Part shown: positions 1-14,400 of the stretch, piece by piece | How the letters are laid out: each line of letters starts with the position of its first letter | Position numbering within the stretch: the stretch's first letter is position 1 | Assembly (NCBI RefSeq): GCF_020745735.1 | Contig: NC_083449.1 | Span: 6,856,923 to 6,920,922 of the forward strand | Length of the DNA stretch: 64,000 nucleotides | DNA from: Hemiscyllium ocellatum | Lineage: Eukaryota | Reading direction: 5' to 3' | Made by a program: the position numbers and the translations under genes | Notes under the pieces: model-generated | What the model saw: only the letters and a program-made list of their open reading frames with translations | Database searches by the model: none | Told to the model about the DNA's origin: nothing

Positions 1-1414
1 TGTGGGTTTGCGGTAGATGTGGTGCTGAGTTGTCCATCCTTGATGGAGATGCATGTGTCTAAGAATGAGACAGATAGTCGAGAGTAGTCTATGGTGAGTT
101 TGATGGTGGGATGAAACTTGTTGATGTCACTGGGTAGTTTTATCAGTGACTCCTTGCCATGAGTCCAGAGGAAGAAAATGTCATCAATGTACCTGGTGTA
201 CAATTTTAGTTGGAGATCCTGCATAGAGAAGAAGTCGTGTTCAAACCTGTGCATAAAATTGTTGTCATGTTGGGGGGCACATTTGGTCCCCATGGCTATT
301 CCATGTGTCTGGATCAAGAACTGGTTGTCAAAGGTGAAGACATTGTGATCAAGAATAAAGTGGAAGAGTTATAGGATGGTGTTTGGAGATTGGCAGTTGT
401 TGGTGCTGAGTACTAAGGCTGTTGCTGCGATGCCACCCTGCGGGGAATGCTGGTGTAGAGTGAGAAAAAGTCCATTGTTTGACTGGTCTGTGGGTGCTGA
501 GTTTCTGTAAGAAATCCGTCGTGTCGTGACAGAAGCTGGAGATCCCCTGTACAATAGGTTTCAAGATGCCTTCCACACAACCAGAGAGACTCTCACGTAG
601 GGTCCCATTGTCCGACACAATGGGACGACCTGGTGTGTTGGCTTTGTGTACCTTTGGAAGGCAGTAGAAGTCGCCTACATGAGAAGTACTTGGGATGAGG
701 GTGCGTAGGGAACGCTGAAGGACTGGATCCAAAGTTCTGGTCAGTGTGTCTAATTCACGGGTGTGTTCTTTGGTCGGATCAACCTGTAGTGTTCCTGGTT
801 GTTCAGTTATCGGTACACTTCCTTGCAGTAATCTGTTCTATTCTGAATGACAATGGCTCCTCCTTTATCTGCTGGTTTGATGGCAATGTTGTGATTGGTT
901 TTGAGAGCCTGGATGGCATTGCGTTGTGAAGCGGTGATGTTTTGCTCTATTTTGTGGGTACAGCTGATAAATCTGGCATTTCTATATTTCCTGATGGTTT
1001 GAGCATACATGTCAAGCTCAGGGAAAGCGGCCCTGTGGTGGAGTCCAAGTTGACACCTGCTTTGGTCGCCCCTCTACAGATCCCTGTTCGAGTACATCAG
1101 TGGGCTCATTGGGATCGCTGCTGGCTCCTTGAAAGAATTCCTGGAGCCTCATTCATCTGATGAACTCCTCCGTGTCTGCTGCCAAAACCAACGGGTCCAT
1201 TTTGGCAGTGGGGCAGAAGTTGAGACCCCGACTGAGGACTTCAATCTCTTCCGGTCTAAGGGTGTGGTCCGATAAGTTGATAATAGACTTCCCCGCAGTG
1301 ATAATGTTGTCTACTGTGGTTCCAGGGTGGGCTTTGCTATTACTGGTGAGAATCCAGTTTTTTGTTCTTGGCGTGTATGTACGTGGTGTAGTTTTGTCGC
1401 CTTGTCTGATAATG
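1..1414 (-). mobile_element. Penelope-like retroelement, decayed RT region (runs off the window start)
   Basis: Minus-strand peptides FYCLPKVHKANTPGRPIVS, GIAMGTKCAP, RYIDDIF and VLSRGLNFCP are typical of PLE RT. Frameshifts and stops present. Ends where H4 upstream sequence begins (~1415). Confidence 0.85.
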
Positions 1415-1966
<552 letters not shown>

Positions 1967-1998
1967 GGATAAAGCGACTCTTTTCCAACGAACCCAAA

Positions 1999-2039
1999 GG
2001 CTCTTATCAGAGCCACCCAAATCCTCCGATGGAGAGCGG
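1999..2039 (+). terminator. Histone 3' stem-loop and purine-rich HDE of H4
   Basis: CCCAAA-GGCTCTTATCAGAGCC-ACCCA (stem-loop 1999-2014), then GGAGAGCGG. Confidence 0.93.
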
Positions 2040-2264
2040 AGACCTGAGGACGGGGAAGGTAGCGCATACTGAGGAGAATGTTACTGTAGTCGGTTCCGTT
2101 CCGAAAGTGTACTAATACCGTGTTCTGCGGTACGGCGGATTGCAACACTTTGTTGCTGTTTGTCGTGGCGAACGATTTTCAAATTGGAAATATTCCTGCA
2201 GTGTAGATAAGAGGCTATTCGGTCAATTTTTTCCATGTAAAGAATCACATCATAACTTGTAATT

Positions 2265-2430
2265 GTAAGATGTAGAAGCAGCATTAGACCATTCTGCCCA
2301 TCCAGTTTGTTCTGCTATTCGGACATGGCTGATATTTCTCAAACTTACTCTTGTGCCTGCTCCCCGTAACCTTCGATCCTCTTTCTCGGGAATACATGTC
2401 TATCTCAGTAATGACATCAATGTCTACTTG
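2265..2430 (-). mobile_element. Old CR1 LINE 3' tail fragment
   Basis: Similar to the CR1 tail at 58140-58300 (ccattcggcccatc...catggctgat). Confidence 0.5.
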
Positions 2431-2980
2431 GCTCTCCATATATTATTATTCATGGCATTTTTATTTATTGTGGAGCCCGGACGTTAATGTTACGTATTAC
2501 AGTATTTATGTTTCCCAGGCATAGTAAAGCTCAGTTTTGTTACTAGGAGCCCGCGGATGTGTTAAGTGGCGTGATTTTTCCATCTGCCCGTTCAGGCAGC
2601 GATTACAAATTATGTTCGGGCAAGTAATAATTTGAATGAAATAACAATTACTGATAAAGTGTGGTTCTGTAATTTTATCGGTGTACACTGTTTTAGCTTT
2701 TAAGATGTTTACATCGGCGGTTTTTCGATTGACTCACGGCGAATACAAGTTCGGTTGCTCATCCAGAGAGAGCAGGAAGCGATAGGGGACATTAGTCCAG
2801 TATTTGCAAATAATGAGATCTTCATTCAGGGATTGCGGAAATATAGTAATTAGATGAGTGATGTTCACATTAAATTTTGGTATTGGGTTAGATATTTGTG
2901 GAAAATCCCCATCTCCTCATTGACTCCCTTTGCGTTAACATGGCTTGAGGTGAGGTGGAGGCAGGAGAGAGAAAAGGGAA

Positions 2981-3046
2981 AAAATGGCGCCAAGAGATCA
3001 ACGGCTTATTTTCAAATTTGAAAATGCCCGCCATCACGTATAAAAG
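2981..3046 (+). promoter_or_regulatory. Orphan histone-type promoter with no downstream CDS
   Basis: AAAATGGCG, TTTTCAAATTTGAAAA palindrome (3009-3024), GCCCGCC and TATAAAAG (3039-3046). Paralogous to 4214-4265 upstream of H2A. Confidence 0.5.
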
Positions 3047-3567
3047 AGTAGGAGGATGCACGACTTCGAACACTTTGATTGAGTGAAGTTTAGTTTCATA
3101 ATCGAAAAACCGATCTCACTTTACCACATTCCCTCCTTTTACAGCTGAAAAATGACTGACTGCTGTTGAACATGCCCTCTCTCTCCAGAGGCTGGCGGAA
3201 GAGTGGACATGAACCGAGCAGAGAATAAATTGCAGAGGTATATGCTGCAGAGACAGTGGGAGGATTCAGCTCTTACTGATGCGGTTAAAGGAAACGTGAA
3301 GCCAAACCCGATCGGGAACATCCGTGACACTATTCTAAACTCATAGAACATTGATCAAACATAAAGGTCACTCAGGCAGTGACCGTGCAATGAGAAATAA
3401 TGTAGTTCCAGACACTCTCACAATCGTATTCAATTATATAATACTCCTCTGCTGCCACAGACAGTAACAGTATCCAATAAAAAGGAGATAGAAATGTAGC
3501 GATGTTAGGTATAACGGCCAGGGCTCTACATATTAAAGAGGAAAGTAATTCAATCCGACAGACGGTT

Positions 3568-3609
3568 CAGCCCCTTTCACAGATGCTGTGAGTGGCTCTT
3601 AAAAGAGCC
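3568..3609 (-). terminator. Histone 3' stem-loop and HDE of H2A
   Basis: Minus-strand GGCTCTTTTAAGAGCC (3594-3609), ACTCA, then GAAAGGGGCTG. Confidence 0.93.
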
Positions 3610-3639
3610 TTTGGGTTGTCAGATTCAAGGATGGTCTCT

Positions 3640-4077
<438 letters not shown>

Positions 4078-4585
4078 TCACTTATACCTTCGGGAGGAAT
4101 GGTGGGGCGGACATTTCGGATTGGTCAGCATCTCCAAATGTTGTTTCAATTCCCAATCAGAAATCTGCCTCATTTCCCTATCCGGAGAGGGCCCGGGGAG
4201 GAGGGCGGAAAGTACCGGCGCCAAATCATCAACCGCTTTCTTTTCAATTTGAAAAGCCCGCCAATTTCCAAACAAAGGAGTATGTTTTACCTGAATAAAA
4301 AGTACAAAAAATTGAGGAAGTTCAAAAAAACATTAATACTCATGTTAATTTAACTTTTAGTTTACAAATGTATAATTCACACGGTCTGAGTCTCCCTCAT
4401 TTGCCGATCTGTATTTGATCTTGAGAGTGGGTTAATTTCTAAACCTTGAGAAGTAGCTGAAATAAACACTGCAGTTTGCAACCTGGCTTTTCTCTTCACA
4501 TTTCAGTACCACCCCGATATGCTGATAAAGCAGCACACAACATTCTTCCGGCTCAGCATCGAGGGCGAACGCGTTTTTTAAGACG

Positions 4586-5457
4586 ATAAAAGTCGGTGGA
4601 GTTGTGGATAGTGAGGAAGGAAGTGGTAGGTTACAGCGGGATATAGATAAGTTGCAGAGCTGGGCGGAAATGTGGCAAATGGAATTCAATGTAGCTAAGT
4701 GCGAAGTCGTTCACTTTGGTAGGAATAACAAGATGATGGATTACTGGGCTAATGGTAGGCTACTTGGTAGTGTGGATGAGCAGAGGGATCTTGGTGTCCA
4801 TGTACACAGATCTCTGAAAGTTGCCACCCAGGTAAATAGTGCAGAGGAAGGCATATGGTGTACTGGGCTTTATTGGCAAAGGAATTGAGTTCCGGAGTCC
4901 TGAGGTCATGTTGCAGTTGTATAAGACTCTGGTGAGGCCTCATCTGGAGTATTGTGTGCAGTTTTGGTCGCCATACTATAGGAAGGATGTGGAAGCTTTA
5001 GAACGAGTGCAGAGGAGGTTTACCAGGATGTTGCCTGGAATGGTAGGAAAATCTTATGAGGAAAGGCTGAGGCACTTGGGGCTGTTCTCATTGGAGAAGA
5101 GAAGGTTTAGGGGAGATCTGATAGAAGTGTATAAGATGATTAGGGGTTTAGATAGGGTAGATACTAAGAACCTTTTTACCGCTAATGGAGTCAGGTGTTA
5201 CTAGGGGACATAGCTTTAAATTAAGGGGTGGTAGGTATAGGACAGATGTTAGGGGTAGATTCTTCACACAGCGGGTTGTGAGTTCATGGAATGTCCTGCC
5301 TATATCAGTGGTGAACTCTCCTTCTTTATGGTCATTTAAGCGGGCATTGGATAGGCATTTGGAAGTTATTGGGCTAGTTATTGGTTAGGTAGGATTCGGT
5401 CGGCGCAACATCGAGGGCCGAAGGGCCTGTACTGCGCTGTATCTTTCTATGTTCTAT
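4586..5457 (+). mobile_element. Young 5'-truncated CR1 LINE
   Basis: WAEMWQMEFNVAKC, LYKTLVRPHLEYCVQFWSP and FFTQRVV motifs with a (TTCTATG)-type tail. The empty site is visible in the paralog at ~41240. Confidence 0.92.
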
Positions 5458-5885
5458 ATTTTAAATCCGTCCACCCTTATTGCTCTCAATCAGATTCAGC
5501 TCCACGTTTCAGTCCGGTAGCTGTGTTGGTGTTTCCTCGGTTCGGTTTGAAAGTCTCTCACCAACAACATGAAGATTTATTTTGCATTGCAAAAAATCAG
5601 ATCAAACCCGAGGATTGGAAATGTAAAGTAAATCACACGGTAAAATGCATCAATCGTGGGATTGAAAGACGTGGGCATTTGTCTGCCAGGGGCGAACAAG
5701 CAATATGAAAAATGACTCACGGGCGCCTGACCTGCTATGTCCACCCCACTCCCGAATAATTTGCAAAGCACTTATTAACACAAAACATATAGCACTAGAA
5801 GCTAAAACGCCTCATCAAAAATCACACGGAAACTAAAACAAAGAACTCAAAGAAATGGTTCAACTGTCTCAAGGATGTTGTGGGT

Positions 5886-5901
5886 GGCTCTTATAAGAGC
5901 C
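5886..5901 (-). terminator. Histone 3' stem-loop of H2B
   Basis: CCCAAA-GGCTCTTATAAGAGCC-ACCCA on the minus strand. Confidence 0.93.
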
Positions 5902-5942
5902 TTTGGGTTGTGGATGTGTTTGTTTCAGGACAATGCGGTCCT

Positions 5943-6323
5943 TCACTTGGAGCTGGTGTACTTGGTCACCGCCTTCGTGCCCTCCGACACGGCGTGCTTG
6001 GCCAGCTCCCCGGGCAGCAGCAGCCGCACGGCGGTCTGGATCTCCCGGGAGCTGATGGTGCTGCGCTTGTTGTAATGGGCCAGGCGGGAAGCCTCCCCCG
6101 CGATGCGCTCGAAAATATCGTTGACGAACGAGTTCATGATGCTCATCGCCTTGGAGGAGATGCCGGTGTCGGGGTGAACCTGCTTCATCACTTTGTAGAT
6201 GTAGATGGAGTAACTTTCTTTCCTGGACCGCTTCCTCTTTCTGCCACCCTTCGTTGGCGCCTTCTTGATAATTTTCTTCGCGCCCTTCTTGGAGGTTTGC
6301 TGTGCTTTCTTCTCATCAGCCAT
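5943..6323 (-). CDS. H2B: Histone H2B (126 aa)
   Basis: ATG at 6323. [14 protein letters not shown]...[27 protein letters not shown]...KYTSSK. TATA at ~6380 and CCAAT boxes at ~6435 and ~6482. Confidence 0.98.
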   Translation of the reverse strand: MADEKKAQQTSKKGAKKIIKKAPTKGGRKRKRSRKESYSIYIYKVMKQVHPDTGISSKAMSIMNSFVNDIFERIAGEASRLAHYNKRSTISSREIQTAVRLLLPGELAKHAVSEGTKAVTKYTSSK

Positions 6324-7309
6324 AACGCCGCTCACTTTCAGACACAGAATAAGGGAAAGCGGGCTCGGAGTTCCCTCTTTATAGACTGACGGCGTCAGCA
6401 ATGCTAATGAGGGATGGGGAAAGGCTTGCTCCTGATTGGGTAGTTTGCACAGAGTCAATCCAAAACATGGAGTCTCTCTGATTGGTTAGTGTGAGATTCA
6501 ATATGGATCTGCAACGAAATGTGAAGTGGATGGTGATTCTGTGCCTGTCACTCTAACTGAGGGAGATTTATTTTGTGTCTGTGATACAGAAAATGCCTGT
6601 GGTATTGGCTCGGTTTCCTTTTGCTTGTTGTTGTGATGATGTGTTTCTCGCTCCGCATGTCTATTTCTGATGCTCTGTATAGGCTGGAATTAACACACAA
6701 CTTGTCACTGTGTGGAAAAAAACTCATCCATTCGAAATTGCGATTACATTTGTTGTCAAGTTACACAAACCATGGAACCTGACTGTGAATGTTTTCTACA
6801 CTTGGGGTTGAAGCATCTCGTTCTCAATTGCACAGAGTTGAAGAGAAATGATAAGAAAAGGTTACTATATAATACTTTTCTTGAGTCACGAGTTGAGTCA
6901 TGTCTTGACTGCGGGATGAATATATTTCTGAGACCTTGACTGATAACTGTGGGTCCAGAAACGTATCGATAACTGTGTGCTTTGAAAGTACGTGCAGTGT
7001 AACTGGACCACGTCGCTGCACTTTTCAATTAGGCGTCTTGCAGTTTCATGCAGGGATTTATAACATTTCTCAGTCTTATGCGAATACTTGTTAACCAGCA
7101 ACTGTCAGCATGCTATGTATATATGCGTCACTTTAACTTTATATCTGTCATGTCCTAATTTACACATTTTGCATTAACTCAACATCTGTCCAATGAGGCT
7201 CTGGTTTCAAGACAGGTTTTATTCTGTAACCATCAAACACTGATGTGAGCGGTAAACGTTACACTATTTGCCAGTCACTTGGAAATATTCCTCCAATCTA
7301 TGAACCCAG

Positions 7310-7437
7310 GGGAAAATGAGAACTGCAGATGCTGGGGATCAGAGGCTTATGCCCAAAACGACGAGATGAAGGGCTTCTGCTTAAAACAACGATTCTCCTG
7401 CTCCTCGGATGCTGCTGTGCTTTTCCAGCACCACACT
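7310..7437 (+). mobile_element. Short Penelope-tail insertion with two degenerate hammerhead cores; paralogous copy at ~19150-19290
   Basis: Inverted tail piece followed by gcttatgccc...gatgaagggc...cgattctcctgctcctcggatgctgc, matching the PLE tails at 48925 and 54230. Confidence 0.7.
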
Positions 7438-8574
7438 GGAAAATCTCCAATCTGTGCCCGTCTGTTTCTGGGATGTATTTTTGTAAACTCTATTTCACAG
7501 TCTTAACATGTCATTATGTTACTGGACTGTAACTCAACCTTCTGAAGTGTACCTTGTTGCTTTACTCTGTCTGTGTTAATTTTGAAAGTACCAGGTACCA
7601 CTTTGGACAGACTCAGGTAGGACTCACTACCCTCCACTCCCAAACTCTATGAATATTAGCTTCTGCAAAGTGAAGTTGGGTTTGTATTTATAACTGCAGC
7701 ATTTTGATAAAGGATAATGCTTTGTATATTGTTACTGACAATATCTGCAATGTCACTGCGGATGTTACATTGTTTATGCCAGTTTATAACTAATCAATAG
7801 TTGTATTATATCCTAACAATTTATTGCGTTGCAACTCACTCAGTATTTCATTCTGTAAATGCCAGTTTATTGTTTCTAATCTTGTATTTACTCAGTATCA
7901 GTTAAACACTGGCATGACAGAGAGCAAATATCTCAACATCTCAAAGTTTCTGATGAAATGGATGGTTAATCTTTATTTCCACTCCATCCTTGATACATCA
8001 GGGTAACTTATAACTGAATCGATCAGTGTGTGATCTGTGAGCACACACATATCAGTAAGTTAATGATAAAGTGTATGGTGAATGATGCTGCAGATACAGT
8101 GTATTAGCTGTAGTTATTAATTTCTTTCAATCTTGTATCACTTTAAGTATCTCAAAACAGAAGACCATAAGAAGACCATAAGAAGACCATGTGTGCTCTG
8201 TCATGAGAACAAATCACCAAGGCTTTAGTTATGGTCTTCATCTCATTTTGATGTTTAGTGCCCATAACCAAAAACTCCCTTATGTATCAAAAAGTTATAT
8301 GGCTACATGAGCATAAATTAAGCTGATAACTCAACCCTAACTCCTCTCTGTAGAACAGAACAAGGAGAGAATGTTCTGCATTGCATTCTTAGACAGAAGG
8401 CTTCCTGTTCAAAACTGTGTTCCTTACTCGGGAGTCTCTCATCAGCATTGACATATTCCCAGCATCAACTCTACCAACTCCCTTCAGATCATTTTTTTTG
8501 CTCTAAAGGTCATACATTGTTCTTCAAAACTCAATGGAGAATATACCCAACGATTTTATACTTACAATGAGAGG

Positions 8575-9580
8575 CTATGTATCAATCTGCAGCTCTAAAC
8601 TTCTGCCATTCGAATATGTGAGTACAGGTGTCACCCTCTCCCAGTAAGAGTCTGCTATATGCGTACTTGAGTGAAGTTATCACCCTATACCTGTTGTATA
8701 TATACTGTGTGAATATGACGGTTTCTAATCTGTAAATGGGATAGTTTAATCAATTGTCTATATCAGTTTCTGCATTGTTCAAATGTGATCGTAGTTTTCA
8801 ATGTCAACCTGCCATCTTCTGCGAAGTGAACATGTGGGGGCCCATATTGAAATGTACTCATTGCTTTTAGCGACAGGAATGCATGAGTTTAGCTATCATT
8901 CTTTTCCTGTGAGTTTCTTCGATGTGAATGTATTGGTGTAGTTATCAATCTGTACTGATGAAGGGCTTTTAAACAAAACGTCGATTCTCCTGCTCCTTGG
9001 GTGCTTCCTGACCTGCTGTGCTTTTCCAGCACCACACTCCTGACTCTAATCTCCAACATCTTCAGTCCTCACCTTTACCTATCCATCTGTACCTGTCAGT
9101 TTCTGATCTGTGAGTATGGAAGTGTAGTTATTGATCTGTCCATCAGTTTCTGTAATTTGAATATGACTGTCTAGTTATCTATCTCGCCCTGTCAGTTTCT
9201 GTGATGTGAAGATGACAGTCCAATTATCTATCTGCCCCTGTCAGATTCTGCCGTGTGAATACAAGTGTGTCATTCTCAGTCTTTACCTGTCAGCTTTTGC
9301 TATGTCAATGCAATTTTAGTTATCAACCTGCCTCATTAGATTCTAAGTGAATTTAAAAATGTACTTATCTATATATACCAGAGAGATTCTGCTCTGGGAA
9401 TGTGGGTGTGTTATCAAAATGTACCTGTCAGTTTCTGCAATGTGAATGTGTTTGTGCAATCATCAGTCTATCCCTGACAGCTTCAATATATGAATAGATG
9501 AGTGCATCTGTACCTGAAAGTATCTGGACGTGTTAGTTTGTGCTCTGTGAATGAATGAGTGTACTTATATATTTGTCTCT
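8575..9580 (+). repeat. Degenerate ~47-49 bp minisatellite array
   Basis: Recurring unit approx. TTATCAATCTGTACCTGTCAGTTTCTGCTATGTGAATATGAGTGTAG. Interrupted by a PLE tail at ~8955-9080. Confidence 0.85.
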
Positions 9581-9676
9581 GTTTAACATGACACTTGCAG
9601 AAACTGCAGGAACTCTCTTTACTTCAAATCTCTGTTGCTCAACATGAATAAAATTTTAGCTTTTGTCATCCATGTC

Positions 9677-9985
9677 AGGGTAGCATGGTGGCACAGTGAT
9701 GCCAGGGACACAGATTCAATTTCAGCTTCGGTTCATTATCTGTGTGCAGTTTGCACATTCTGCCTGTGGCTCCATGAGTTTCCTCTGAGTGCTCTAGTTT
9801 CTTTGCATGGTCAAACATGTGCAGGTTTGTTGGATTAGCCATAGTAAATTGTCCTGTATTATTCAAGGATGTGCAGTGTTGGTGGGTTAACTATGGGGAT
9901 AGGGTGGGGTCTACATTGGCGTGGGATCCGCTTTGGAGAGTTGTTGCAAGGGGATGGGCCAAATGACCTCTCTCTGCACCGGAGA
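9677..9985 (+). mobile_element. Old HE1-type tRNA-derived SINE
   Basis: Diverged match to the young copy at 56258-56490. Confidence 0.75.
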
Positions 9986-10246
9986 AATTTGATGTACTGT
10001 AAATGAAAGTGAGACTTTTTCTATCATTGTCAGTCTCGACAGTGTAAAGCAGTTTGGATAATTTTCACAACTTTTATTCAATGGTATAGTTTTTGATTGT
10101 AAGTTATATTCTGCATCTGTATTTTGAATTTATTATTCACATGTTTACAACCAGACCACTTTGAGAGCTTTCTCACTCTGTGTCTAATAACCTCTGGGTA
10201 TGTCTGAATGTGTACCTCTTCATGTCAATATCTGATTTCCCTTTGG

Positions 10247-12277
10247 ACAGGTATGATGTTTTGGAAAGTGTTGGAGGGGTGATGACTGTTCATGCTACGT
10301 TCCCCTGAGAATCCAAGTTTCTGGTACAGTGACTGGCTCTAATGCAACGAGGGGTACATCGGCTTCCATGAGATCAATTGTGTGAGGGGATTCTGTAGTC
10401 CGAGGTACAGACAGACATTTCTGTGGCCAGCAGCGATAAAGCAGAACGGTGTGTTGTTTCTCTGGTGCCAGGATCAAGGATGTCTCAGAGAGAGTGCAGA
10501 ATGTTCTCACGGTGGAAGAGGGGACAGCAAGAGGTCATTGTCCACATTTGAACCAATGACATTGGAAGGGAAAAGGTTGAGATTCTGAAAGGAGATTACA
10601 GAGAGTTAGTCTGAAATTTAAAAAGGAGGTTACTCCCAGTGCTACAAGCTAGTGAAGGCAGGAATTGGAGGATAGAGCAAATGAATGCATGGCTGAGGAG
10701 CTGGTGTATGGGGAAAGATTTACATTTTTGGATCATTGGAATCTCTTTTGGGGTAGGAGTGACCTGTACAAGAAGGATGGATTGTACCTAAATTGGAAGG
10801 GGACTAATATACTGGCAGGGAAATTTCCTAGATCTGCTCGGGAGGAGTTAAACTAGTAAGGTAGGGTGGTTTGGGGGGGGTGGGAGTGGGGTGTCCGAAA
10901 TGAGGGTTTGGGAACCACGGATGTAGTGAGGAAAGAGATCAGTCTGTGACTGGCACAGTTGATAACAGAAGCGAGTCAAACAGTCAGGGCTAGCAGGCAA
11001 AAAGTAGGAGTAATAAATTGAACTGCATTGACTTCAAAGCAGGGGGCCTAACAGGGAAAGCAGATGAACTCAGGGCATGGTTAGGAGCATGGGACTGGGG
11101 TATCATTGTAATTACAGAAACATGGCTCAGGGATGGGCAGGGCTGGCAGCTTAATGTTCCAGGATACAAATGCTACAGGAAGGATAGAAAAGGAGGCAAG
11201 AGAAGAGGGGTAGTGGCATTTATGATAAGGGAGAGCATTACAGCTGTGCTGAGGGAGGGTATTCCTGCAAATACACCCAGGGAAGTTATTTGTGTGGAAC
11301 TGAGAAATAAGAAAGGGATAATCACCTTATTTGGATTGCATTATGGATCCCTGAATAGTCAAAGGGAAATTGAGAAACAAACTTGTAAGGAGGTCTCAGC
11401 TATCTGTTAGAATAATAGGGTGGTTATGGTAGGGGACTTTAACTTTACAAACATAGACTGGGACTGCCATAGTGTTAAGGGTTTAGATGGACAGCAATTT
11501 GTTGAATGCATACAAGACAATTTTCTGATTCAGTATGTGAATGTACCTACTGAAGAAGGTGCAAACCTTGACCTACTCTTGGGAAATAAGGCAGGGCAGG
11601 TGACTGAGGTGTCAGTGGGGGAGCACTTTGAGGCCAGCGACCATAATTCTATTAGATTTAAAATAGTGATGGAAAAGGATAGACCAGATCTAAAAGTTGA
11701 AGTTCTCAATTGGAGAAAGGCCAATTTTGATGGTATTAGGCAAGAACTTTTCAAAGCTGATTGGAGGCAGATGTTCGCAGGTAAAGGGACGGCTGGAAAA
11801 TGGGAAGCCTTCAGAAACGAGATAACGAGAATCCAGAAAAAGTATATTCCTGTCAGGATGAAAGGAAAGACGGGTAGCATAGGGAATGCTGGATGACCAA
11901 AGAAATTAAGGGTTTGGTTAAGAAGATGAAGGAAGCATATGTCAGGTATAGACAGGATAAATCGAGTGAATCCTGAGAAGAGTATAAAGGAAGTAGGAGT
12001 ATACTTAAGAGGGAAAGATTTAAAAGAGACCTAAGGGACAACTTTTTCACACAGAGGGTGGAACGGGTATGAAATGAGCTGCCAGAGGAAGTGGTAGAGG
12101 TTGGTACAATTGCAACATTTAAGAGGCGTTTGGATGGGTATATGAATAGGAAGGGTTTGGAGGGATATGGGCTGGATGCTGGTAGGTGGAACTAGATTGG
12201 GTTGGGATATCTGGTCGGCATGGACAGGTTGGAGCAAAGGGTCTGTCTCCATGCTGTACATCTCTATGACTCTATGA
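10247..12277 (+). mobile_element. CR1 LINE: ORF1 esterase remnant and ORF2 endonuclease, internally deleted, with 3' tail
   Basis: FLDHWNLFWGRSDLYKKDGLYLN, IVITETWL, MVGDFNFTNIDW and SDHNSIRF. Jumps to the 3' end at ~12015. CTATGACT tail. Confidence 0.92.
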
Positions 12278-12741
12278 GACATAAGTGGCAGTTTTATTTT
12301 TAAACAAAGAGAGTGGTAGCAGTGGAACACACTGCCAGGGGTGGAGATGGAAGAAGATACAATAAGAGTATTGAAAGGACTTTTAGGTAAGCAAATGAAA
12401 ATAAAAGAAATGGAGGGTTATGGACCAAGGCCAGGCAGAAGAGATTAATTGCATTTTGACGGCACAAAGTGGTGGGCTGAAGGACCTGTTCCTGTCCTGT
12501 ACCGTTCGATGTTCAGATTTTAATGCAGTGTATATTTTGGATGAGGATTCATTCAAGTTGATTGAATCTGGGTAAGATGCATTTAGAATATAGATTAAAA
12601 AATATAAACTTCCGTTTCCTCGGTGGTGTTTGAATCTTGTTTTGAACATATCTCTCTGGGAATGGAGCTCAATGTGAGTCTGACTCAATCCACTCTGTGA
12701 CTGTGGAAAGGATGTTCTTTGCTCTGACAGCAGTAACATAC

Positions 12742-12821
12742 CTGCTGTTTGTTCGAAGCAGCTGGTCACACTTGGTTCTGTATACTTGGTATTACATTGT
12801 CTTGGTCCTTTGGGTCCTTGC
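12742..12821 (-). other. Candidate non-coding exon (80 nt), paralog of 17493-17574
   Basis: Acceptor ttttgtcttcctccag and donor CAG|gtatgt on the minus strand. Confidence 0.5.
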
Positions 12822-13187
12822 CTGGAGGAAGACAAAAGAGATATCACAACATCAGCTGTGATTAGCAACATCAATGTAACATTCAGTTCCTCATCATTAA
12901 GGATTTTTTATTTAAAGCCAGCAATTTAAACAGAACCACGGGTCTGAGCTGTTCCTGGTCCATTTTCTCTTAAAATTCTTAGCCCAAAGGAATGAGATCC
13001 AGAAATGAAACAACACCCATACAGCTCTATAAATGGGGCCTACCTGACGCAAGTGGGTATATGAGTTTAGTTATTGATCTATGCTTGTCAGTTCCTGCTT
13101 GGAGAATGTGAGTGTGTAGTTATCAAACTGTAACATTCATTATATTCACACTGCAAAGTCTGGCAGGGTCCAATTGATAACTATTGA

Positions 13188-14400
13188 ATCATAAAAATAA
13201 TACAGGACAGAAGGGACTATTCAGCCCATTTTGTCCATGCCAACCAAAGACCCCCAGTGGTCCTTTCTCATTTTCTTACCGCAGCCTGTAGCCTTGCAGT
13301 TAACGGAACTGGAGGTGCAGTTCCAGGGAGTTTTGTTTAAAAGAGTTCAGGGTCTCTGCCTGCACCATCAAATCAGGCAGCAAATTCCACTACTCTATGC
13401 ATAAAAAACATTTTCCTCACATATCATGTAATCCTACACCACTTTGTTTGAATCAATGATCCCTGGTGTTTGAACTCTCTGCCAAAGGAAACACGTTCCT
13501 CCTGTGTACTCTAATCTCTCCCTCTCACTATTTCGTGAAAAATCACACAACACCAGGTTACAGTTCAACAGGTATATTTGGAAGCACGAGCTTTCGGAGT
13601 TCTCTCCTTCATTAGTAGCTCACTGTTTAGTATTCACTATTTAATATTCCTTAATCATGGCATCTCTGTTCCAAAGAATAAAACCCAACCTCCCCAATCT
13701 CTCCCGATAGCTACAATTCACCAGCCCTGGCAACATTCTAGTAAATCTCCTTTGCACTCTCTCCAGAGCAATGACGTCCTTCCTGTGATGTGGTGACCCG
13801 ACTGCACACAATACTCCAGTTGTAGCCTTACCAGTGCCTTATACAGTTTCATTGTTATATCCCTACTTTTGTATTCCATCCCTCTGCCCATGAAGGAGAG
13901 TATTCTACGTGCCTTCTTTACAACCCCATCTACCTTTAGGGACCCATGCACTTGCACACCAAGATCTCTCACTTACCCTGCTCCCTCAGTATATTCCCAT
14001 TTATTGTCTATTCCCATTTACTTTTGGATTTCCCAAAATTTCCCTTACACTTATCAGAGCTGAACGCCATCTGCCACTTTCCTGCCCACTCCACCAAACC
14101 ATCTGTAATACATTTGGAGCTGACAGCTATCCTCTACACTATCCACGAAATGGCCAATTTTTGTGTCATCTGCAAATTCCACAAATCTGCCCACCACATT
14201 CAAGTCCAAATCCTTAATGTATAAAACAAACAGCAGAGGTCCCAACACTAAGACATGCAGAGCACCACTTGAAACAACTTTCCATTCACAAGACCAGTCA
14301 TCAACCATTACCATTTGTTTCCTGTTACTAAGCCAACATTGCATCCAATTCACCACATTACCTTGTATCCCACAGGTTTTACTTTTTGAACCAGTCTGCT
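13188..14400 (-). mobile_element. CR1 LINE RT/3' part, containing a PLE-tail insertion at ~13538-13620
   Basis: VLGPLLFVLYIKDL, FADDTKIG and LYKALVRLQLEYCVQ. Confidence 0.88.
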
